Notes: generated by a model not told the origin, from the letters alone. 64,000 nucleotides of DNA from Macrostomum lignano (GCA_002269645.1 NIVC01000343.1:227273-291272); one strand, 5' to 3'. Positions 38,619-51,559 are shown, counted from the stretch's first letter. Program-made: numbers and translations.

Positions 38619-38757
38619 ACGCGGAGCTGCCGGCGGCCCTCGGGAGGCGGCGGTGTCGGGGGCCGTGGCGGCGGCGGAGGCGGAGGCAGAGGCGGCTACC
38701 ATGGCAACAGTAGTCGCGGGGCTCAGGCTTAAACAGCCTTGGGAAAGCGTTATTTAA
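38254..38757 (+). CDS. LSM4: U6 snRNA-associated Sm-like protein LSm4, single coding exon; the RGG tail has a probable 1-bp deletion at ~38642 (corrected stop at 38732)
   Basis: [75 protein letters not shown] is the LSm4 signature, followed by an RGG tail. Confidence 0.97.
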
Positions 38758-39440
38758 TCTCCATCGGGTGGAGACCATATGATGTTTGGCAAATTTTACC
38801 ATTCTGTGTAACTTTAGTATATAGTATAGTATATTTTTAGCTTTGATGGTCTACTAAAAAATGCGGGTTGCTATGATTGAGTAATGTCTAGTTCAGCTAC
38901 TAATATTCGTGGGGTGTCTATATTATATCAGAGTCAGTCTGGCATTTGTGTTCGTTACTAATTCTGTATAAAATAAAAATTAACTAAAATTATGTAAGCG
39001 AAAATCTGCCATCTCGCTTAAATGCCATTTGTACGGCTTGCTTTGTATGTTATTTGTTTGCGTTGCAATGTCTGCTTTTTCCCCGTGTTTGCTTTTGTAT
39101 TTGAAACAAAATACAATTCATAACTTCTGTGGGAAGAGATAATTGCCTCTTTTCTTAGATTGTTTGAACAATAGGTTTGTTTATTTTTATTGCATTTAGA
39201 GTTAGTACCGCAACTTTGCTAGCCACACTACTTTAATAAGTAGAAAAGTTAGATTTTTCAATTTCTAGCTTTCATTTTAATCTTATTCCAGATTGAGATG
39301 TCTTCGTTTGACCGCTGCCGGATTTTCGTAGCTTCGCGGCGGAATTTCTAATAACTTTTTTGAATTATCAACTGGGCTGTAGCTGGTTGAACTACTTAAT
39401 AGTAGCATAAGTGAGGTTTCTGTTCAAGTAATTTGAAAAA

Positions 39441-42400
39441 ATGAACAATAACGCCAGAGGCAGTCCAACTGGCGCTAGCGGGGAGCGCCAACTGGCTTTA
39501 TGGCAGGCGCGCCTGCGCCGTTGGCGCGAATTCGACACTGAGAGCCAATCCTCGGTGGCGGAATGCTTCGATGCAGCTTACGTGAGCCGGATGAAGGTGG
39601 CCGACATTGAGCAGCTGCCTACTAAGCGGCCGTTAAAGGTTTGCTTTACTAATGATATATGATGTATTGTGGCCACCCCTTACTGTACCTGGATGAAGAC
39701 TTGGGCAGAGTTCCCACAATCATTTCTTGTTTTTTAAGCACTAATATTAAGGCTACTATCTTATTTCTAGTCAAGCCACCTTGAAAAGCGGCCATCCCAC
39801 TCCTAGCTACCCCACAAAGAACTCCTAGCTACCCCACTCCAAGCTACCCCACCAAGCAGCTATCCCACTCTTAGCTACCCCACAAAGCGGCTATCCCACT
39901 CCAAGCTACCCCACCAAGCAGCTATCCCACTCTTAGCTACCCCACAAAGCGGCTATCCCACTCCAAGCTACCCCACCAAGCAGCTATCCCACTCTTAGCT
40001 ACCCCACAAAGCGGCTATCCCACTCCAAGCTACCCCACCAAGCAGCTATCCCACTCCTAGCTATCCCACAAAGCGGCCATCCCACTCCTAGCTACCCCAC
40101 AAAGCGGCCATCCCACTCCTAGCTACCCCACAAAGCGGCCATCCCACTCCTAGCTACCCCACAAAGCGGCCATCCCACTCCTAGCTACCCCACAAAGCGG
40201 CCATCCCACTCTTAGCTACCCCACAAAGCGGCCATCCCACTCCTAGCTACCCCACCAAGCGGCCATCCCACTCCTAGCTACCCCACAAAGCGGTCATCCC
40301 ACTCCTAGCTACCCCACAAAGCGGCCATCCCACTCCTAGCTACCCCTAAAACATAGAAGTGCATAGTATCCGGCCTCGATCCCCAGGTGTCAGATCCCTG
40401 GCGTCACGAATGGCAGCGCGGAGTTCAGGTGCCCGTCCTCGCCAGGCAGGAGCAACCAAAGCCGTCTGTCCGCTATCTGGATGCCGACGACTGCTTAGTC
40501 GAATGCGACGGCGTGGACGTCAAATTGACGCCAACGCCCAAGTGGCGCCTGCCGAAGAAGTTGCTCACCAGCCTTGACGACTACACGTTTGACCCGGAAA
40601 CCCAGGAGACCTCCACCGGGCCTGTCGCTATTCGACCAGGGGAACCGGAGCCCCGGTGCCGGCTCTACTGCTCCGACGAGCTCGACCGACGCTGGATCGA
40701 CGCGACGTCCGGCTCGGCTTCGGTGTCGCTGGACAGTCTGGAAGCCGTGTTCACCGCCGCGGAGTCACTGGCGCACGAGCGCATGCTGGACCGTCTCCGC
40801 ACCGTGGCCGGCCTGGGCATCGAGTACGACACCACGGTGCCTTGTAGCGTCTGCCAGTCGCTCGAAGTCGAAGAGGACAACGAGATTCTGTTCTGCGACG
40901 GTTGCGACACCCCGGTGCACCAGGCCTGCTACGGTGTGGCCTCGGTGCCCAGCGGCAGCTGGCTGTGCAGGCCCTGCAGCCTGGGCGTCCGACCAATCTG
41001 CGCCCTGTGCTCAAGCAGCGGCGGCGCTATGAAATCTACGAGAGACGGCGCCACCTGGTGTCACGTGTCCTGCGCCCTGTGGATCCCAGAGGTTGGATTT
41101 GCCGATCCTGAGCGAATGGAGCCAATCACTAGGCTGAATGAGATTCCCACTGGCAGATGGAATCTGGTGTGCCGGCTCTGCCGCGAGAAAGTCGGTGCCT
41201 GCATTCAGTGCTGCGTGAAGCAGTGCAAAGTGGCTTTTCACGTTACCTGCGCTTTCAGGCACAAGCTGGTCATGAGACAGGTGAACAGTTGCTTTTATCC
41301 CGATTGTGTTCTTGCTTGATTCCAAACTAGATATCCCATTGACTAATATATCCCAAATCAGTTAACCTATAGCCAAATCCAAAATCAGTTATCCCATAGC
41401 CAAATCCCAAATCAGTTATCCCATAGCCGAATCCCAAATCAGTTATCTCATAACCAAATCCCAAATCAGTTATCCCATAGCCAAATCCCAAATCAGTTAT
41501 TCCATAGCCAAATCCCAAATCAGTTATTCCATAGCCGAATCCCAAATCAGTTATCCCATAGCCAAATCCCAAATCAGTTATCCCATAGCCAAATCCCAAA
41601 TCAGTTATCCCATAGCCAGCTTTTATCCCAAGCACTCAGCAACCAGCCTCTACATCCCTGCCTCCGTAACTCAGGTGTTATCAGGCGGTGACGTCCGCAA
41701 CCTGGCCTACTGCGAGCGGCACGGTGACAAGTTTAGGCAGACGGGCGTCACTCCGCACAGCTCGCCTACCAAAGCCAGGCCGAAGTACAAAGGCGTCAGC
41801 GGAGGCGGCGGCGGTGGTGCTGGCGGCGCAGCCGGGGCTGGCCGAGGCCGGGGCCGCGGTCGGAAGCGAGGCCGGCCGCCATCAGCCGCCCGGGCAAAGC
41901 TTGCGGCGGAAGTCGCGGAAGAAGACGCGGAGGCGGAGGCGGACCCGGACGCCAGCCAGGATTCGCTGCTGGATGCGAAGCGGCCGCGGCTTGATGAAGA
42001 CGTCATGTTTGAAGATGCCATCGATTCGTCGACTGCGGTCAAATCTGAGACTCTTGACGGCGATGGCGCTGCTGAGCTGAAACCCGAGCTGCCTAGCGAG
42101 GATGGTGGCTTCGAGTCCGAGCTGCAGCCTCGGCCGGATTCGGAAGCCAAGGAGGCTCAGGTTGAAGATGACCCTCTGGCAGCTGCTGTGAGAGCCGCCG
42201 CCACCGCTGCTGATTCTGGCGACGATCCGGACGGTCAGGAGAATCAGCGAAATCAGCTGTAAGGTTTTTGGACAATTTGATTTACAAATAGGGACTTGGT
42301 AGATTGTTAATAATTGATTTTAGATTGATTTGTTTGGAAATATTTAAGAACGGAAAAACAGACAGGCAGACAGACAGACTGACAGACAGACAGACAGACA

Positions 42401-42487
42401 GACAGACACTAAGACAGACAGACAGACAGACACTAAGACAGACAGACAGACAGACAGGCAGGCAGATAGAAAGACAGACAGGCAGGC

Positions 42488-42520
<33 letters not shown>

Positions 42521-42523
42521 CTA

Positions 42524-42560
<37 letters not shown>

Positions 42561-45064
42561 GGGACAGACAGACAGAGAGACAGACACTAAGACAGACAGA
42601 CAGAGACAGACAGACAGTCACTAAGACAGAGACACTCAGACACTAAGACAGAGAGACAGGCAGACACTAAGACAGACAGACAGAAAAACACTAAGACACT
42701 AAGACAGAGACACTAAGACACTAAGACAGAGACACTCAGACACTAAGACAGAGAGACAGGCATACACTAAGACAGACAGACGGAAAAACACTAAGACACT
42801 AAGACAGAGACACTCAGACAATAAGACAGAGAGACACTAAGACAGAGACACTAAGACACTAAGACAGAGACACTCAGACACTAAGACAGAGAGACAGGCA
42901 TACACTAAGACAGACAGACGGAAAAACACTAAGACACTAAGACAGAGACACTAAGACACTAAGACAGAGACACTCAGACACTAAGACAGAGAGACAGGCA
43001 GACACTAAGACAGACAGACGGAAAAACACTAAGACACTAAGACAGAGACACTCGGACAATAAGACAGAGAGACACTTAGACACTAAGACAGAGACACTCA
43101 GACACTAAGACAGAGACACTCAGACACTAAGACAGAGAGACAGGCAGACACTAAGACAGACAGACGGAAAAACACTAAGACACTAAGACAGAGACACTCG
43201 GACAATAAGACAGAGAGACACTAAGACACTAAGACAGAGACACTAAGACACTAAGACAGAGACACTCAGACACTAAGACAGAGAGACAGGCATACACTAA
43301 GACAGACAGACGGAAAAACACTAAGACACTAAGACAGAGACACTAAGACACTAAGACAGAGACACTCAGACACTAAGACAGAGAGACAGGCAGACACTAA
43401 GACACTATGACAGAGAGACAGACTGACACACAGACAAACAGACAAACTCATTTCTCGAGTCGAGACAATAAGATTAAAAGTCAAGCCACACCCTCCCGCA
43501 GGTTGAAAGAGCTGGAGGCGAATTTCTATACCCTGTTCAGCAAAGAGGAGCTCATCGCTAAGATGGCTCCCGTCAAGGTTGACGCGCTCGCCTTGTCGCT
43601 TCTGCTGGACTACTGGAAGCTGAAGAGAACGGTAGGTGCTTTCAGTCCTCGTTTACAATTAACCTGCCAGTGAGTGTCCTGTGGCTCAGTTTAAACCGTT
43701 GCTTTTTTGCTCAACAACAGGCCAACGGATGCCGGCCACTGATGGAGCAGCCAGACGACCAGTCTCTGCGGCCGGTGAACACGGAGGAGCGCCGGCTGCA
43801 GGAGCGAGCCCAGATGTTCGTGTGCCTGCGCCACGACATGGAACGCGTGCGCAATCTCTGCTATCTGATTGTCCGGCGCGAGAAATTGAAACGATCTTTA
43901 TTGTCAACTGGGGAGCGAATCTCCGCTGTTCAGTTGAAGCCGACTCGCAAGAATAAATCACTGCGCCGACTGCAGCCGGAGGACTGGAGCTTCCTGACCG
44001 ACGCTCACATCGGCCCGTCGTTCTACGAGAATCAACAGCTGCTCCGGTCGCTGCTTCAGCCGGCTGAACAGCAGCGAGACTCGCAGAGGCCGTCCAAGCC
44101 CGCTGCTGCTGACCAGTTCGAAGATGCTCCACAGCTGGACGAGTCGCCAGCTGCTCAGCCGTTGGCACCCGGCTGCCTCGATCCCAGCGAGATCTGCCTC
44201 ACAGACGGCGACTACCGGCGTCTGGGCCGGGAGTTGCGCGACGGTGGCCTGCTGGCTACAGCCGCTGGCGACGGCGAGGCGGCCGCGGCAACGCTGATCG
44301 ATTTGGGATCATCGGCGCCCGCCCCGACCCAGCAGCGGCGTCAAGTGGCTCGACGTCGGCGACGTAGGCGAACGGATGCCGACGGCATCGCCACGGCGGA
44401 CTCGACTAATTCGTTGGCTGCTGAGCAGGCTGTCGCCGAAGCGACTCGCGCACTCCGACAGCTGCCGGCCAGGGCGCTGCGAGTGGCCGAGACCATTCGG
44501 CGACAACTTCGCGCGGGCCTGCGCGATCCGATGTTCAACAGTCTGGTTGCCGATTGTCCGTCTTCGTCAGACGAAGACGATGATGTTGCCGACGAAGTGA
44601 GCAAGCATCGGGTTGATATGAACGGTTCAGAAAGTCAAGACGGTTCGGTCTCCGCGAGCTCTTGTGCCCGGAAAAGTGCATTGCTGGAAGAAAATATCTA
44701 TAATCATAAGCAGGTGGGTGCAGACCCGGAAGTGGAACTGGATGCGGAAGCGGATGCTGACCTGGAAGTGGAACCAGATGCGGACCCGGAAGTGGAACCG
44801 GATGTGGACGCAAATAATTGCGCAGCAACGGAGGCATTCGATGACGCGAATACGCCTATGGAGGCGGATCCAGATGCCGACCCGGACGATGACGACGGCA
44901 ATGGCGAACCGACGCCGACACCGCCGCCGATGGCCGACACGGATGTCGACGCTGATGAAAATGGCGAGGAGGAAGAAGCAGCTTCGCCTTGTAGAAAAGA
45001 TCCGCCTCTGGCGTCAGAACGACAGTCAAGTGGAAATATTTTTGAGAAGCTGAGCAAAGCGTAG
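39441..45064 (+). CDS. JADE: JADE/PHF15-17 (rhinoceros-like) PZP-domain HBO1 complex scaffold; 5 exons
   Basis: Exons 39441-39638, 40387-41280, 41675-42258, 43502-43631, 43721-45064. DPWRHEWQRGVQVPV is JADE-type EPL1; PHD-Zn knuckle-PHD (CSVCQS...FCDGC...VHQACYG...WLCRPC; WCHVSCALWIPEV); YWKLKR; LRHDMERVRNLCYLIVRREKLKRS. Confidence 0.9.
39785..40345 (+). repeat. 31-bp minisatellite in JADE intron 1
   Basis: AGCTACCCCACAAAGCGGCCATCCCACTCCT units. Confidence 0.95.
41350..41617 (+). repeat. 27-bp minisatellite in JADE intron 2
   Basis: CCAAATCCCAAATCAGTTATCCCATAG units. Confidence 0.95.
42358..43445 (+). repeat. AGAC / CTAAGACA compound satellite in JADE intron 3
   Basis: Directly visible, with higher-order repeat blocks. 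Confidence 0.95.
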
Positions 45065-46190
45065 ACATCCCAGCTCTATCGCCAGTTCTCTGCGTCCGTG
45101 ATTATTTTAAAGTGCGTCCTGCTGGCCTTCAGAAGCGCTTTCTGTTGTCTTCGATCAATCATTCATTCTCTTGTGTTTGTTGGTTCTCTCCTCTTTTGTC
45201 ATTGTAAATTGGTAAAGTCCGGCCTACTATAGTGCATGGTGTGCTCAATTTCAGTTAGTCACGCATTGGTTGCATGATCTCATTAGTTTTGTCCTGAAAT
45301 TCTGTCCGACTGTATTCAATGGGCATTGAATTCGGTGCAGCCTGTCGTTTGAAAGCGTTACCGTGACAAGAATTGCTAAAAAGTCTCTGCAGTAGCTTAC
45401 TAGTGGCTCTAGCGACTGTGGTGGCGACTCTTGTGCACTTTAGACGCACTTTAGGTGCACTTTAGACGCAACTCGGTGATTCTTCAGCCACTTCAGCTCG
45501 CCTCAGATACAACTCTTGGGGCCCCATAGTCATTTCAGAGTCGCAGACAATAAAACGCATCAAATAGATTTTTTGGCGACTTGACGACCGAGACATCTCG
45601 TCGTTTCAGAGTCGTCCAGAGTCAGTTCTTTCCTATTTTACCTGCCTTAGCTGCAACGACTCTGAAACGATTTTGGGGCGGCGCAAGTGGCTTTGGGACG
45701 CTTCTTGGCCTGGGTAACCGTTTTCACCGGGCTGCGTTGGTGTCTACCCATGCTTCTCTTTCTTGTTACTTCAGTAATTGTGTTAACGCCTCATGCTGCA
45801 GCTGGTCACTCTCTATTGTCCTTACATTTTAATTAAGTGTTTTAAACTATCCGTAACACTTGTTATTTTGTTCGTTCGTTCGTATAGTCCCGCTTGTGTC
45901 CGTGACATTGTCTCGTATTATTACCAATAGTCATACGAGTATTTTGCTGTACTTTACTCTGATTCCGCTGTAATTAATTGGTGTAGTTATTAATTTGTAA
46001 TTGGAATCCGTGCCTACATAGGTAGGCTTACATTTTCACAATGCAAACAGTTGCTTCTATAAAATTATAATTGTGCTTTTCTAAGCGCTATGTCTATATC
46101 TGGCTGGTTAATCAGAAATCAGTTCACTACTAACGACTTCTATCGTGGGTCTTTTGTTTTAATAATAATAATTGATTTCACCTGCCCTAA

Positions 46191-46398
46191 TGGGCTGCGT
46201 ACGGCTGTTCAGTCCAAGGACTGGGGGGTCGCCACACAGCCTCAATCACCCCAGCTAATGCTGGCACCCATTTTACAGCTGGGTGAACTGAAGCAATGCA
46301 GAGTTAAGTGTCTTGCTCAAGGGCACAAATTGTTCTGAGTGGATCGTGAATCGAACCCCCGACCTTTTAGTTGTGAGTCTTAACACTTTACCCTAACC
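46191..46398 (-). mobile_element. tRNA-derived CORE-type SINE, copy 2
   Basis: Reverse complement of the family at 37910 and 59326, including the 3' tail CCCAGTCCTTGGACTGAACAGCCGTACGCAGCC. Confidence 0.8.
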
Positions 46399-46571
46399 TG
46401 AAATATGGGGGGGGGGGCAGAGTGGCATGGTTCTCAGAGTCGAACTCAAACTCAACTCAACGCAGTGCGACGACATTGGCTGATAAGATTATTCTCATAT
46501 CTCAACTGGGTATTATAAACTGCAAATTCATGCACGAATTATAATCAGAATTCATATACTCTGCGCTCCAA

Positions 46572-47705
46572 ATGGCGACTCTGAGTCAGCTCTCAGTTCC
46601 AACACTAATCATTTTGTCAGCTGTTGCCTCGGCTGGCCTGTCGCTTGAACAAGGTTTACTGGTTGGTGAAACATTGCTTCGGTTGCTTCAATTTTTTGCT
46701 TATTTGCTCACGTTATTGTCCTACTTTAGTCATGATCTACTCACTCTCCTATACTAATAGCTGATTGATCTACTCACTCCTATACTAATAGCTGATTGAT
46801 CTACTCACTCTCCTATTCTAATAGCTGATTGATCTACTCACTCTCCTATTCTAATAGCTGATTGATCTACTCACTCTCCTATTCTAATAGCTGATTGATC
46901 TACTCACTCTCCTATTCTAATAGCTGATTGATCTACTCTCTCCTATTCTAATAGCTGATTGATCTACTCACTCTCCTATTCTAATAACTGATTGATCTAC
47001 TCACTCTCCTATACCCAACTGATTGATCTACTCACTCTCCTATACTCAACTGATTGATCTACTCACTCTTATACCCAACTGATTGATCTGCTCACTCTCC
47101 TATACTCAACTGATTGATCTGCTCACTCTCCTATACTCAACTGATTGATCTGCTCACTCTCCTTTACTCAACTCATTGATCTACTCACTCCCCTATACTC
47201 AGCTAATAGGCTAATCTTCAGCTAATCTTCTCACTCCTCTGCTCAGGTTGGACCAGCGGATGACAACAATGTCTTTCTAGGCGGCACCTGGCCAGCAAGT
47301 TGCCTTGGCAACAGCATCACGCAACGCCCGTCATCCATTGGCGCCAACAAATGCTGGATCTTTCACCAGCACTGGTACGCCTTCCCTTGGAACCCGTTCC
47401 GGCACAGCTGGATCCGCTACGCCAATCTTGTATTCGAATTCATCGGCGACAGTCAATCAAGCTCCGTGATGGTGCACGACCGGCCGTTCGCCTCCGACCG
47501 ATGCTCTAACGGTATTCTGCGCAGTCTTGGCGCCGGCGCCAGACCCGACGCGCCTGGTGGTTTAGCCTGCGCCCGACGTTGCGCCCAGAGCTACAAGCAG
47601 GTGCATGGCAATTATACCTTGTTGTGCAACAACTGTCACAATTTTGCTAACGCTCTGGCGGCCGCTCTGCTATCGCCGTTTGGTTGCCCTGACTGGTGCA
47701 GCTGA
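46572..47705 (+). CDS. Putative secreted protein with a permuted papain-like (PPPDE/LRAT-type) His...NC motif; 2 exons
   Basis: Exon 1 from 46572 encodes a signal-peptide-like MATLSQLSVPTLIILSAVASAGLSLEQ (donor at 46654). Exon 2 is one open frame from ~47247/47257 to 47705 with IFHQHWYAF and GNYTLLCNNCHNFANAL. The exact acceptor is ambiguous. Confidence 0.6.
46735..47205 (+). repeat. ~31-33 bp minisatellite in the intron of the secreted-protein gene
   Basis: CTACTCACTCTCCTATTCTAATAGCTGATTGAT units. Confidence 0.95.
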
Positions 47706-47829
47706 CTGGTGCACGGTTGCTTGTGAAAAATAACTGCACACCTTATGGATAGAAATATATATTAATTTTTGGTGTACGCACTCATCTGCAACATGTGCGA
47801 GCATTCTCGTCTCTAACATACTTGTCCGT

Positions 47830-48081
47830 AGCTTGTATGCTCTCGTGGGCATCATGTGCAGCTGTCCGTGGCTTGTACGCTCTCGTGTGCATCATGTGCA
47901 GCTGTCCGTAGCTTGTACGCTCTCGTGTGTGTCATGTGCAGCTGTCCGTAGCTTGTACGCTCTCGTGTGTGTCATGTGCAGCTGTCCGTAGCTTGTACGC
48001 TCTCGTGTGTGTCATGTGCAGCTGTCCGTGGCTTGTACGCTCTCGTGTGTGTCATGTGCAGCTGTCCGTAGCTTGTACGCT
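47830..48081 (+). repeat. 40-bp tandem repeat, about 6 copies
   Basis: GCAGCTGTCCGTAGCTTGTACGCTCTCGTGTGTGTCATGT units. Confidence 0.95.
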
Positions 48082-49243
48082 TTATAGAATTTAAATTTAA
48101 AAGCATAGCTGGTAGAGATTTTGATTGAGTATTGACTCCAATAGACTTCTCTTGTTCATCATCGGCTTGAAGGACCTTTAGGCCTATATTAATATCTGTG
48201 GCTAAGATAATGACTTAAAATTAACCGTCGTCAGGGTTGCGAAAAACTTTGCGAGCTTCAGTACATTATAGCTGGAAAGAATATAAATGACTAGAACTTG
48301 TGGTACATATATTTAGCACATTAATCGAGAGCTATGGACGCTGCCATTCCTATGATGAAGCTTGCATTTTCGCTCTCATGAAAGGGTTGTTCCTTCCGCT
48401 CTCCTCCAAACGACGGCCCGGCAGAAAAAATGTGAACTGAATGGCCAACTGCGCACATGATGCAGTTGCTTCAAGTTTAGCTAACTCTGTGCCGGATTCT
48501 GCTATTTTATTTTCATAATTCATAAATGCGATAGTCCAGCATCGGCGGTGATGAAGCGGCACGCAATGTTGATTCTGCTGTGGTTTTTTGCCGCCCTTTG
48601 CTGCCATGGAATTCGCTCCACTACAGCTAGGAATAGACTTGGGGCAAGCCAGTGCTGCGGTTTCCAGCTGCCCGTCTGGGATTGTCTACCGCAGCAGATC
48701 CACAGATCCATTGCTTGCTGGCTGAACAGGGGGGGGGGGGGTGAGCCTGACATTCCTCTTTCCAGCCCATCTCTGCCACTGATTGATGATGAATCATAAG
48801 CGGAATGGATAAAAAGGAGAATAAAAATATTATAGACTAGGATTTGCAGCCTCGCCTTGCGCCACTCTCTCCCTCTTCTTCGCTGTACGCCCGCACTTCA
48901 TCTTTGCTAGTGGCAGACAAGCCGGCATTGGTCTGTAACTGGGTCGATACGGCGGCGGCGGCGGCGGTTCGGTATTTAAAAAGGCGGAGCCCCACCTTTG
49001 ATCTCGCCGACCGCAACAAAATTTTTCCCACACACAGACGCGCATCGCCGTCAAACAACAACCTCCACTCTTGTTTCTCTGCGTGCCTCGCCCAGCGCCT
49101 CGCCGTTCATCAATTTCAGTCGTCCCTCTCCCCGTCTGCCTGACAAGACAGCATCCCCCGCGCGGAGGAAGACTGGAATATAGGAGCCAGACTTGGCTTG
49201 GCGCGCAACAAGAGGGAGCAGCTGAAGCAGCCTCAATTGCAAA

Positions 49244-50766
49244 ATGCTCCGCCTGCCGCTGCTCTTTTCTGTTGGCCGCCTGGCGGCCATTGTCATCGTT
49301 GCGGCGTCTTACGTCGCGGCGCTTCCTCCAGAATGGAATCTGCCGCAGCCCGGAGCGGCCGCCTGGGGCTCGGCGGTGCCCGGCAGTCATCGCTGCTGGC
49401 CGATCCCCAGCACTATGGGGCTGTGCTACGGCATCGGCTACCCGGAGATGCGCCTGCCGAACATGCTGAACCACGAGAGCGCCAAGGAGGTTGAGGAGCA
49501 GACTAAGCATTGGCAGGCTCTGGTGAATACTAACTGCCATCCGGAGATCCGAGTGCTGCTGTGCTCAATCTACGCTCCGGTGTGCATTGAGCACTTATTA
49601 GAGAAGAGCATCCAGCCCTGCCGGAGCCTATGCGAGTCTGTGAAGTCCTCCTGCCTGGCCATCATGGAGAAGTTCGGCTTCGGCTGGCCTGACATGCTCA
49701 ACTGTACTCAGTTCCCGCCGGAGAACAATCTCATGTGCATCAAGCGGTCCGCTACGCGTGAGTTCCCGCAAAGTCTGACGAAGGACAGTTGTTAACATAG
49801 ACCAATTTGTTTGTAAAATCTCTCTTAATGACATCCGATTTCAGAAACTGATGTGGCTGTACAATCAGGTGAGTTTTATTAACATTCTTACAGAATTGGG
49901 GGGCCAGGTGCGCATTGAGTGGTTATCTGATTATAAACTGACTCCGAAAATCTCCACAGCCCAGTGCCAGGCGTGCGTTCAAGAGCCCAGCTACGAGTCT
50001 TTGGTCAGCGGCTACTGCATGAACGATATTGGTGAGTATCGTTGCCCAATCATAAAGAATGTATGGGGTTAAAACAATTAATTTCGATGCCCCTTTGCTC
50101 TGTAAAATCTGCTTAGTCACTACACGATTCCTCTACAATTCCACAGTGCTGAAAGCGCGCATCGATCACGTGACCACCGGAGCGGCTGGCCGACAGTTTC
50201 AATTCAAAGGCCGGCTGAGATTTTTCTCGGTGCCTCGCCAGCTGGAGTCGTCGTCTGCTGAAGAACCGCCGAGGCCGCGGCGCAAGCGGCAGCGTCAACG
50301 GCAGAGACGCCGGAATGTCGGAGGCCGACGTCGAAAAAGCGGGAGCCGTGGCGTTTCGCTTCGGCTGGCCGGCGGTGGCCAAATCGCCAACTGCACGCTG
50401 GCCGCGGACTGCCCGCTGCTTGAAGCGGCCGCGGCCCATCCCAAGCGGCGCTACCTGCTGATGGGCTCGCTGGCGGCTGGCGGCGACGCCCTGGACGTGA
50501 AGTTCATGACGGAGTGGAACAATCGCCAGCCGACATTTCGCCGGGCTCTGCGCAGCATCCGCCGGGACAGACGGAAGCGCCGGGACAGCGGCGGCAGCCT
50601 CTGCAGCGGCGGCGCGTCGCTTCTGGGCCTGAAGACCGACGGCGGCGACGCGGCTAGACGTCGGCAGGCGCGCAGGAATCGGCGCAAAGGTGGCGGCGGC
50701 CGGAGGAGGAAGAACCGCAGGCGGACGGACGCAGCTAAACCGCGGCGGCCGAGAGCTGAGCGCTGA
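49244..50766 (+). CDS. SFRP: Secreted frizzled-related protein (sFRP1/2/5 class), CRD plus netrin-like domain; 4 exons
   Basis: Exons 49244-49757, 49845-49868 (24-bp microexon), 49960-50031, 50147-50766, all phase 1. Signal peptide; CRD with 10 Cys (LCYGIGYPEMRLPNMLNHE...CHP...PCRSLCESVK.SC...FGFGWPDMLNC); NTR motifs CQAC, YC and CPLL. Confidence 0.95.
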
Positions 50767-51559
50767 GTTTTGAAGGCTGGAATTCCGCAATGTCTAACTG
50801 TATTTATTGCTGCTAAATGAATCAGCCTCTGACCAATGCGGATGACCCATGGGCTCCAATGAGCCGGGTTCTCTAACTCACATTACTAACTATATATGCA
50901 ACACTGTTACTATAATTCGGTATGCTTTTAAGTTTCAACAGTTCATGTTATTTGTGTTTATAAGCTGGCAGAATCCTTGAACATGGTTCGCACTTTAGCT
51001 AGTAGCTATATGATGATATCGGCTGCTGCATTCGTGGCAAATAATTCCATTAATCCCATATTGACCTTGTTGCTTGAGCAGCATTATAATTGCTTGTATA
51101 GAGCAACTGTAGATCTAGCCTAACTATTGAAATCATTTTTGCAGTAGTTTCAAGGATCCACTGGGTAGTGAATGCAAGTAACTCAAATTTAAGAATTTTG
51201 GGGTATTTTAATTTTAAAAGTGTTGCTTCTTCCTTCAACTACCAAGTGGTCCTTGTGTAGTTACATAAATGCCCGGAACTGAATTCAGGCCTAATGCTGT
51301 TTCTATTTTTAGAAGCATGATTAAAACAAAACTTACCGCAGAAAACTAAATTGTAAATTAATAAATGACCATTGAATATATATGAAAGTATTTTGGCTAG
51401 TTTGCGCGGGCTGCGCTAACTGGCGTTTGTGTACGCTGCCCACCCCTGCCCCTCCCCGCGGCTTCCCCCACCCCGGTGTTGGGGGGGGGGGGTTGCGTGG
51501 CGGGGGGTTTTATACCCCGCGGTTGGCTCTTTGGCCTCGCTGTCGCATTGCAATTGAAA

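Noticed and set aside
48350-48800. Short ORFs between the secreted-protein gene and sFRP
   Set aside because: No recognisable motifs or consistent splice structure.
48973-48983. TATA-like box (TATTTAAAA) upstream of sFRP
   Set aside because: Plausible, but cannot be supported without a mapped transcription start site.
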